In this document: piece after piece, positions 56,001 to 64,000 of the stretch | Position numbering within the stretch: the stretch's first letter is position 1 | How the letters are laid out: the number at the start of each line of letters is the position of its first letter | NCBI GenBank assembly: GCA_002633005.1 | Contig: NMRA01000144.1 | Coordinates: forward strand, 479,545-543,544 | Length of the DNA stretch: 64,000 nt | Source of the DNA: Phoronis australis | Taxonomy: Eukaryota; Animalia; Phoronida | Reading direction: 5' to 3' | Notes under the pieces: model-generated | What the model was told of the DNA's origin: nothing | Database searches by the model: none | What the model saw: only the letters and a program-made list of their open reading frames with translations | Program-made: the position numbers and the translations under genes

Positions 56001-56536
56001 AATAAATACGAAGACGGCTTTGATAGCGCAGTAAACTTGATGNCACAAGAATGGGAGTAGGCTACGCAACCCTGGCCTGGGGGAGCGCTACACTTTACAG
56101 TACTACGGCTTTCGGCCGTCGTGGACGTGATATCACTTTAACAACGCACAAGAAAATATAAGAAAAATAGAACAAATGTAAACAGTCAGATATAAATTAA
56201 TGGTCCCTGATTTAGAGAACCAGGCAATCACTGAATAAAGGCCGTTATTTAGTGGATGAAACTGGTTCTCTAAATCAGGGTCCATTACATCCGACTAGTG
56301 CACTGTAAACTCACTCACTTGTTCAAAACCAAGTCGGCGCTTCGGCAGGGGCCGGAGTCAATCGGGCACGTGAAGTTGCTGTTCTTGAGCCTAGTTTCAA
56401 TACATTTTCTACAGAACGTGTGTCCGCATCTCACGATGATCATAGGACAATCAAAGACATTATTACATTCCGTACATAATAAATACGAAGACGGCTTTGA
56501 TAGCGCAGTAAACTTGATGGGCAACCCGTTCGCCAT
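41099..56536 (-). CDS. TRAF7: TRAF7-like E3 ubiquitin ligase (RING, TRAF-type Zn fingers, coiled coil, WD40 repeats), 14 coding exons, ~567-568 aa
   Basis: Phase-consistent exons: 56536-56319 (RING, CGHTFCRKC), 52131-52013, 51671-51528 (CPNN), 50326-50229, 49953-49832, 46932-46792, 46359-46218 (LFSGGGDKTIKVWD), 45394-45290, 44605-44528, 44165-44079 (LHHWVRAL), 43800-43665, [43374-43226 OR 42568-42423], 41643-41524 (QTLRRHQG), 41146-41099 (TGA). The order is collinear with vertebrate TRAF7. It lacks the long N-terminal extension and is divergent, so it may be a paralog. Confidence 0.9.
42423..42568 (-). CDS. TRAF7: TRAF7-like alternative WD40 exon B (candidate mutually exclusive exon)
   Basis: tttcag|GC ACT GAG...GTT CAG|gtttgt, 146 nt, phase 1 to 0, open. 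Encodes GTENNLHIFDAISQKPVRKLQAHVGAISCLLANPPGMFVISASVDQSVQ. Confidence 0.85.
43226..43374 (-). CDS. TRAF7: TRAF7-like alternative WD40 exon A (candidate mutually exclusive exon)
   Basis: ttttgtag|GA ACA TAT...GTG CAG|gtttga, 149 nt, phase 1 to 0, open. Encodes GTYNRCIQVFSIQSRQVIHSLKGMTSTVTCLRTSPCGNFLISSVNDGSVQ. Confidence 0.82.
44971..45047 (+). mobile_element. Degenerate tRNA-like SINE head in a TRAF7-like intron
   Basis: GCTCACTAGACTAGAGTGTCTGC (A-box-like) ... GAGTTTGAGTCCC (B-box-like). Confidence 0.4.
53129..53243. other. Assembly gap (115 N) in TRAF7-like intron 1
   Basis: Run of n. Confidence 0.99.
55092..55266 (+). repeat. Minisatellite, 5 x 34 bp (ATGACCTGGAGTATTATGAGCYAGGTYTGAARTA)
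   Basis: Directly visible. Confidence 0.9.
55380..55526. mobile_element. Short non-autonomous DNA element with TIRs CATTGGCGG...CCGCCAATG and an internal direct repeat
   Basis: 13-bp imperfect TIRs. Flanked by TAGCT on both sides. Two internal copies of GGCGGTGCACCA...TATAGC.CCCCACTTTTTTCAGTGCTG. Confidence 0.65.
55572..56519. other. Duplication around a single N (55572-56042 = 56044-56519), probable haplotype-overlap artefact that duplicates most of the RING exon
   Basis: N at 56043. The copies differ by a 5-bp indel and one substitution. Confidence 0.85.
55721..55810. mobile_element. 90-bp palindromic mini-MITE in TRAF7-like intron 1 (second copy 56198-56287 inside the duplicated segment)
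   Basis: 26-bp arms TAATGGACCCTGATTTAGAGAACCAG / CTGGTTCTCTAAATCAGGGTCCATTA. Confidence 0.7.
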
Positions 56537-56720
56537 TTTGGAACTCCCCGCTTTGTGTCGACCAATGAGAAGCGTATCTGAGATCATCAATTTACTTCCT
56601 GGTTGGTTTCTGATTCGTGGTTTCTATCAGGAAGTGGAACCGGGCCGACCGGGACCGAGTTGTTCAACAGATGCTGACCGCAATAAGATCTAACTCAAGA
56701 TAATGATGAAGGTTGGTATG
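56528..56720. promoter_or_regulatory. Candidate bidirectional promoter between the TRAF7-like and ML-domain genes
   Basis: CpG-rich. A YY1-type CGCCATTTT overlaps the TRAF7 ATG. There is a CCAAT, two oppositely oriented ETS sites (ACTTCCTG ~56594, CAGGAAGT ~56628), and plus-strand donor-like sites at ~56711-56716. Confidence 0.45.
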
Positions 56721-57162
56721 TTTTTAATACTCATTAATTAAACGAAAATGTGTGCCTTGCTGAATGTCACTCGAGTAAGGCCAGCGGGGTTATCGAGATT
56801 CAACTGAGTAGTGATCTCATCAGCTAGTCTGTGCTCAGTACGAGTTCTTAATTTCCTGGACCCCGATCGTAACACTGGCTCCTGGATTTATATTTACAGT
56901 ACGACTTAATTTGTTTTGGCACAGCATCTGGCTCTGTTGTGCAAGTAATGATCGATTAAGGTTTCTCCGAACCCGAAGCTGACTAAGGGACCCCCTTTAA
57001 GCGAAATATTAACTCTCTTCATTGTGATCCAGCTAGTGCTCTCACTTAGTTCCGTGTAGGCCTGGCTAAATATTGCTATTACAATTAAGCTGAGAGGGCA
57101 ACTCAATATGTACCGTGTGAAACTGAGGGCAACTCAGTGTGCTCGAAAAATGAGTGGCACCA

Positions 57163-57863
57163 CATGCGCACATCCAGCCTTTTATATGGGGGTCTTGAAG
57201 ATGATGTGGACCTTTCACTACCAAAAATTATAGCGGAAGGATCAAAAAAAAAAGAAAAAAACGGGGTACCACGTTCAGAGCCGTGAATTGTGTGTTGCGC
57301 CTTTTTAGTAGACTTTTGTCTCGTTTTCAAGGACTTTTTGTTTGCTTGAAGCGGACCTTTCTGCCTACTTCTGCAAATGCTGGGGAGGACTCGTTCGAGC
57401 CCCCCCGGAGGCCGTGGGGGGGGATACCCACATGTACCACTTAGACAGAGTAAGGTTGTTAGTTCAATGATTCCCCTCAGACCATATCAATTACAGAAAG
57501 ATTTAACCTTTTTGAATCGTATTTGAAACTATGTGCTAGCTAGTACTGAGCTGTCAACAAAGGCCATAACAGTTGCCCTTCCCGACTGAGCTGATAACGT
57601 TTTCCTGATAACGATGTTATCAGTTGTTATTTGAATTCATGCTCGCACCCAGCGTAGTAAAAAATGGGGCCTCGAATTTTTGAGAGTGTGGACCTTTTAC
57701 TAAGATTCACGGAAACGGTCAGAGGTATGAAATGTGCATTCGCCGAATTTTCCTGCCTTTTCAGTGGACTTTTATCTCGTCTACTTTTTTCGGAGTTTTT
57801 GTTGCCTAAGTGGGTGGCTCGTTCGAGCTCCCGAGCCAAAACCCCCTACTGGGTGCGCGCATG
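57163..57863. mobile_element. Two related non-autonomous DNA-element copies (57163-~57425 partial; 57638-57863 with both TIRs)
   Basis: Termini CATGCGCACATCCAG / CATGCTCGCACCCAG and CTGGGTGCGCGCATG. Shared internal GTGGACCTTT and CTCGTTCGAGC motifs. Confidence 0.5.
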
Positions 57864-58623
57864 TTATTGTTTGTGAGTCGTGTTTGCTGGAGGACTCTGA
57901 TTTATAAGCTAACAGACAAGTTGTAACTTTATTAATTCTGGACCATATTAGGCCTACTCCCAGTTCTGGACGAATTTTGATGCGTCAAAACACTGAGATG
58001 TTTTTACAAAGGAGACAAAAAATACATTACATTGTTCTACGTCAAGTCACTGAGGCAAGGCTGGTTTGTCCACTTTCCCTACAACAATCTGGGTGAAAGT
58101 CCCATTGAGATGTGGCCGAGATCAAAGTAACTTGCGCGACTAAATGCATGGGTTTGGTTTTCAAATTCGCCAAATTCGCAACGGATTAGGTCACCTAAGC
58201 CGTGGTTTGTTTATTAGGATGCGTTACAGTACCTTGTAAACAGGCTAAAAGCGAAAAGGCCTCATATGTACTCTGATCTCAGTGATCGATCATTCAAATC
58301 AGTCTTGATATTCCGTACCGTGATACTAGGAATTTCATTATTATCTGTTTCCAACACAACTCACAGGGAATGCAACATTTTCGTATTCGCATATAGTTCT
58401 GGTCAATCTCAATTAAGTGACCCTGAAGCGTGTTCTTGGGTCGCTGTTCGATGTTTTTGTTGGTAACGGGAAACAGAATCTTGTCGGCGTATGGAATACT
58501 ACGAGACTGATTTGGTGAGAGTAAAAGGCCAACTTAGCCAGCTAAACAGACCGAAGAGAAGCTTTCCCAATCCTTTGGGAAATCGCGCTCCATGCCCACC
58601 GGGACAAATGCGCTGAGAACTTA

Positions 58624-58784
58624 CCGTAATCGTTCGGGTTAACGCCCATGCTCCGTTAACCGCCCATCCCCGACTTTAAGTAGATTTTCGATTTAACCGC
58701 CCACTGCTCAGTTAACCGCCCTCCCCCGATTTTTTTTTGATTCGCCAATTTAACCGCCCAGGGCGTTAACCCGAACGATTACGG
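58624..58784. mobile_element. 161-bp MITE with 24-bp perfect TIRs and TA target-site duplication
   Basis: ta|CCGTAATCGTTCGGGTTAACGCCC ... GGGCGTTAACCCGAACGATTACGG|ta, with internal TTAACCGCCC repeats. Confidence 0.9.
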
Positions 58785-58906
58785 TAATCCTCCAATTATC
58801 GTCACTTAGCAACGAGGCTCATTTCAACGTCTACGTCGCGTCTAGAAAATGGCTAATGGTCTGTTTATTCTGAACCCTGAGTTGCATGAAAAAAATTACA
58901 TTTCAG

Positions 58907-61900
58907 ATGACGTTCTCTCGCGTTTCAGTGACACTTGTTTTGGGATTCTTTGTACAAGGCTGCAGCGCTGTTTGCAAGATTGAATCGTGCAAAGGTATGC
59001 CTTACTGTACAACTGTTGAACTATTTAGGTATTAATTGTTGGGCAGTATTAACTTATTCAGAGTTCACCACGTGGTGAAAGGTCATGTTCAGTGCCCGCT
59101 GAAGGGCTGTTAGTCATTCTGCTCACTAGCACTGAGAGCAGCCTCCCGTTCAGTAACACTAGGACCTGGTTAAAAAGCAAGACTTCGCGAGATTACGTGA
59201 AATATTGTCGTGTATTTTAAGTGAGAACACTTGACTTAAGCTAGAGTTTAGCTAGGTCCTAGCGAAGTTCCTCTCGTTACTGAATGCACGCCTTGTTTAC
59301 TTGTTATAGCCTCTACCACTCAGGAATTAATGAGTTGTTCTCCGGACCCGCGTGGTGATATTTCATTTCATTGGTATCAAAAGCGGATTATGTAAACAAG
59401 TTAACACCTTTAGAGGAATCTGTTGGTTGCAAATGATACTCTTAATTCACGTAGTTGTTTGAATGCTCTCTTTTTCAGAATCTTCAACAAAGTTCACGGC
59501 AAGTTTCAGTCCCTGTCCCGTGCATTTTGGAGGTCTTGTGAATGTCTCTGCGAGTGGGATTTCTCGTAAGACTGTGTAATCAATCTTATTGAACGTATAG
59601 TACTTTGTCGGATGTGACTGCAACTCATCAAGTGCAGATTAGGGCATAGTCTAAAATTATTATGAGCCACCAGGTGGTCTGATCTTTTCACAACATCCCT
59701 TTGTGATCTGACCTATTTCCTCCTGACCTATCGTGGCAAGACCAAGGAGTGAACTGTGCATTTTGATTACTGAATGTTTCACTTTTCTGTTATTTGCTAC
59801 TAGTAAATTTCAGTAACTCAAATTCTTTAATTTTGAGGAGCCAACCACTGAACTATAATTAAGGTCCATGATAAGGTACCATTTTGAACTTCTCAGTACT
59901 TAAATTTTACAATCTGTGATTCTTAATTTTGAGTTTGTTAGAACAAGACAAACTCTGCAAATTTGCTTTGTCTGGTTGTTTTTTCTAGTTGGTTTTTCTT
60001 TCTTACTAAGGTTGTGTAGGCCTAAGACCCTACAAAAATGTGCAATTTCGCAAACTTCTGAAGATCGTATCTCAGAAATGGCTGATGGGATTCAAATGAA
60101 ACTTGCAAATACTATGTTTGTGCACAGTTCTTCACCGTTCTTAAGGATTGCTTTTAAAATGTTTCGCTTTTGCATGAGGAGCTAAGAAAAATTAGGACTT
60201 CCATGATTTTTAGGAAAAATATTAAAAGTTACTTAAAACAAAAAACAAAATGATAATTAAGAAAATTTCACCTTGTAGAAAATTTTTATTGAACAAAATT
60301 GGTCACGTCATTCATGTTTTGCTTTCAACGTTCCTTTCTTTTTTGCTAAAAAGGAATAGTCATGTGATCCAATTAGTGGCATATTGGTATAAAGTCTGCA
60401 TAAATACAGTTCACCTGCACATTCCAGGTAAAACCACACTTGGAGCTTAATAAAAACGTTGTTGGTTGTTTTTCGGGCCTAGTGCGTTGACACTAAAAAT
60501 GACAAGTTCTTTCATAAGTTGGACTTTAATCATGTCCTACAGACTTCATTCCTTTGACTTTTTTAGCTACGAAAGTGACTAAGATTAGTTACGATCTGAT
60601 TTTGTACTTTGCGGATGACCCAGACACTCCGTTGCTTCAACTGACCGGTGGCGCAGACTGTGCTCTTGTTAAGAAATATCACATCCCTATAAAGTGCCCT
60701 GTGGAAAAAGGAGGTACGTGATCTATTATTGAGTAACATAAACTTGTTTTTAACCTTTTTTAAAATGCGTAAAAGAGAGCGAAGTGGAATTGTTGCTGAG
60801 GCCGTCCTGCTAGTAAAGTTCAGTGTACTGGACAATGCTATATCGTTAATAAATATGGTGGACATTTTTAAGGATGTCGTAATCAAGGGTAATGTTAACC
60901 CTGTGATTTTTAACACTGCTTACGAAATCGAACCAAACAGAGAGTTCGAGAAAGGAAACATAAACCCATTTGATGGGGTAACTTTTTCAAAAGTGTCCTC
61001 GACTCCAGTCAACGAGATCGTGAGCAAGTGGAACACCTCAACAGCCAGTGAAGAAATAATTTAAAATTGTGGACAGCCTTAAAGTCTGATGTATGCTTCC
61101 AAAATTTTTATCATCAGTCAAGATGTATGCGAGGCTTGAATTTTAAATTATTCGCCGTTTTACATCTCCTTAATGACAGGAGTTGTAACCACCAGGAATT
61201 ACTGAAATTCAGCACCTTAGCAGCAGCACCTATAATTCACCAGTGATTTTGTTTATTTAAAGCAGCTCTTGTACTCAGATAGTGTTTCAATATTGTAGTA
61301 TAGGCCTTGGGTACACTATCCGCACTCGAACTAGTTACATGGCACTGGTAAGCCTTCAACTATCTATCCGAATCATGCGGTGCGATTGGTTATGAGTTCA
61401 GTCTTAGATCGGAGAATAGACACTGGACCTAGGCCTAGATAGATAAGGTAAATAACTATAGACCTATGGAGAGTCTCTATGGCAATGACACTAACTGAAC
61501 TGTATCATCCGTCCAGACCACACATATGAAAAAGAGTTTGATGTTAAGCTGTTCAAAAAAGTGAGAATACAATATGTGAAACTGTAATATTGAAATTGAT
61601 CTGCATTTTTGTGTTTCACCATCGTGTTGTTTGTGCTGCTAAATCTGGTCACTGAAAGATTTTGTTTTGTTTGTAAACAAGTTATTCACATCGTCATCGT
61701 TTTAATGAGATATAGTCGCTTTAAACGAGTTTGTTAAATGCCTGGTGTTTTTCACCCCGTTAGAACAAGGTTTGAATATGAAAAAGAGTTTGATGTTAAG
61801 CTGTTCAAAAAAGTGAGAATACAATATGTGAAACTGTAATATTGAAACTGATCTGCATTTTTGTGTTTCACCATCGTGTTGTTTGTGCTGCTAAATCTGG

Positions 61901-62180
61901 TCACTGAAAGATTTTGTTTTGTTTGTAAACAAGTTATTCACATCCTCATCGTTTTAATGAGACATAGTCGCTTTAAACGAGTTTGTTAAATGCCTGGTGT
62001 TTTTCATCTAGAAAAACAATCAAAACTATAAATGAAGACTGGTTGTGTTATCTCATTTTATTAATAGAAATAGCGTGGACAGTGGGCAACGTTAACAGAA
62101 TATACACTGCCTTTATTGCAGAGCAACTTGGCGTGAAGAATAAAATTCTTAAAGTACCGTCAGACGAATCACTAGACCCA
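58907..62180 (+). CDS. Secreted ML-domain (MD-2-related lipid recognition, NPC2-like) protein, first 4 coding exons; 3' end outside the window
   Basis: Exons 58907-58994 (signal peptide MTFSRVSVTLVLGFFVQGCSA-VCKIESCK), 59479-59565 (SFSPCPVHFGGLVNVSASG), 60567-60713 (...ADCALVKKYHIPIKCPVEKG) and 62122-62180 (EQLGVKNKILKVPSDESLDP). All are GT-AG and phase-consistent. The PC..(x)n..C..(x)..CP..KG cysteine pattern is typical of ML domains. Confidence 0.75.
61524..62006 (+). repeat. Near-identical tandem duplication of ~231 bp (61524-61754 and 61776-62006; period 252)
   Basis: ATATGAAAAAGAGTTTG...CCTGGTGTTTTTCA occurs twice with only a few substitutions. Confidence 0.9.
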
Positions 62181-62279
62181 GTAAGTATACTGTGATAACA
62201 TATAAACCATGGGCAGAGGAAGGGGAAAATACTCAATATTTTAGAAACCTCGAAGTGAGGAATTGTGTCGTTCATTAAA

Positions 62280-63491
62280 AGATGGTCACCAAAGTGTTAC
62301 TACTCCTACTGGAGTAAGAGAGTTACAAACCCGGTATTATAAAACTCTGTATTCCAAAGAAGAAAAATCATTGTGGATCCCTCCCAACAATATTTACACT
62401 CCCAAAAAATAAACAACTTTCTGAAGAAGAGTCTCTGGAACTTGATCAAGATTTCACTGAACAAGAAATTTTCGAGGCTCTCCAAGGAACAAAATCTAAC
62501 AAAACACCGGGTAACAACGGAATTTCATATGAGTTTTACAAAAAGTTTTGGGGGTAATTCATAAATATGAATTAATAGAGAGTTCTAATTTTAGCTTCCA
62601 GCGGGGCGAAATGTCTACGTCACATAGACAAAGTGTTATAACTCTTATACCCAAAAGCAAAAACAGTGAGGAACTTTTGTTGTTAGATAACTGGAGGCCA
62701 ATCTCCCTCTTAAATTGTGACTACAAATTGATCACAAGAACCATTACCAATAGAATTTATAAGTGCATAGACATATTGATTCACCCTGATCAGACGTCAT
62801 TACCTAAAAGGTATATTGGCCAAAATATTCGATTAGTTAAAGATTTGATGGAATATTACAAACAAAATAAACTACATGGCCAGATTATATTCCTGGATTT
62901 CAAGAAGGCATACGACACCTTAAACTTAGATTACATATTCAAAACTTTAAAAGCCTTCAATTTTGGACTAGGGGTAATAAGTAAAATAAAATTTTTTATA
63001 ATAAAATCTCATCCTGTGTGTTAAATAACGGATTCACCATTCGGAATTTTGACATTGAAAGAGGCTTACGACAAGGGTGATCCGCTGTCAAGTCCCCTTT
63101 TTGTGTTATGTGCAGAACTTATGTCACATTTTATCAGAAAGAGTAATTACTTTCATGGTTTGAAAATTTATAATAATGAAATCAAAATAACCCAGTACAC
63201 GGACGACACCATTTTGTTCATTCAAGACGAGAATTCCGGAAAAAAATGTTTTAAATTTTTAAAATTATTTGGAGACATTTCTGGCTTGCATTTAAATCCT
63301 GAAAAATGCAAAGGTTTATATATTTTTGCCCGAGGTGGTGCCCATTGTCCTAAAAAAATGTACAATATCAGCCACGAAAACCTATAAAAAGTCTTGGAAT
63401 ATATTTTCGGACAAAATGACAAAGAAGTTGAGCAGCTAAATTATGGCAATAAAACTCAGAAATTAAAAGATCTATTAAATATTTGGAAAAC
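62280..63491 (+). mobile_element. Decayed 5'-truncated non-LTR retrotransposon ORF2 (reverse transcriptase), L1/Tx1 clade
   Basis: Motifs across frameshifts: KTPGNNGISYEFYKKFW, NWRPISLLNCDYKL, RYIGQNIRL, FLDFKKAYD, GDPLSSPLF, TQYTDDT, ISGLHLNPEK, LLNIWK. It ends abruptly at a DNA transposon insertion. Confidence 0.92.
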
Positions 63492-63493
63492 TA

Positions 63494-64000
63494 CCGTAAT
63501 CGTTCGGGTTAACGCCCTGGGCGGTTAAATTGGCGAATCCAAAAAATCGGGGGAGAGCGCTTAACCGAGCAGTGGGCGGTTAAATCGAAAATCCACCTAA
63601 AGTAGAGGATGGGCGGTTAACCGAACATGGGCGCTTATTACGACAGACAACCGCCCTGGGCGGTTAATCTTACCTGGGGATCTAAATCCCGACACGCCAA
63701 TCATACTCGGAACGCGTAGCCCTTTTCAAAGAGCTTTATCGTCACGTCGCCAACTGATTGTGAAAACATCATAACAGCGGATGATCCCAACAAAGGTTCT
63801 CTTGCCCTCAGATTAGTCATTCACTATTAAATTTACAAAATTGCTGAGTGCCGTCCTGCGGTGCGCAGACGACCAGTGACCTCGCAGCCTCCACTAGAAT
63901 TAAAACTGTTTCAAGGTGTGACCCTGCTTAAGTGCGCGCGTGCAAGCTTCACGTGTTGCAGAGGTCAGACATCAAATTTATGGTTACAGTCTCGTACTAT
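63494..64000. mobile_element. End of a TA-flanked DNA transposon (CCGTA terminus, Tc1/mariner-pogo type) inserted into the LINE; continues out of the window
   Basis: TA|CCGTAATCGTTCGGGTTAACGCCC is identical to the TIR of the 58624-58784 MITE. Repeated GGGCGGTTAA subterminal motifs follow. Confidence 0.8.

Noticed and set aside
55842-56042. Second RING exon / tandem RING duplication in the TRAF7-like gene
   Set aside because: The copy is cut exactly at a single N, lacks the start codon and is nearly identical to the adjacent copy. This is typical of an unmerged allelic contig overlap; read depth would confirm.

Overview
AT-rich, intron-containing eukaryotic DNA with GT-AG introns, MITEs, SINE relics and a LINE. 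It is probably from a marine invertebrate such as a mollusc (inference from gene divergence and repeat types). I spliced five genes by hand, checking codon phase at every junction. (1) The last exon of TMEM39 (+, <2-199). (2) A divergent 16-exon RREB1/hindsight-like zinc-finger gene (+, 7909-27536, ~1438 aa) that begins with a FOG/SALL-type NuRD-binding motif, [10 protein letters not shown]. (3) A two-exon GT31 beta-1,3-galactosyltransferase (-, 31106-34832). (4) A TRAF7-like RING/TRAF-Zn/coiled-coil/WD40 E3 ligase (-, 41099-56536) with two duplicated, phase-incompatible (so probably mutually exclusive) WD40 exons at 43226-43374 and 42423-42568. (5) A secreted ML-domain (NPC2/MD-2-like) gene (+, 58907 to beyond the window), divergent from TRAF7. 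An intron of the ML gene holds a decayed L1/Tx1 LINE interrupted by a TA-targeting DNA transposon, whose single end appears to have produced a nearby 161-bp MITE. The window also has several minisatellites, two duplications flanking single Ns (likely assembly artefacts) and one N gap. No CRISPR, rRNA or intact tRNA was found.
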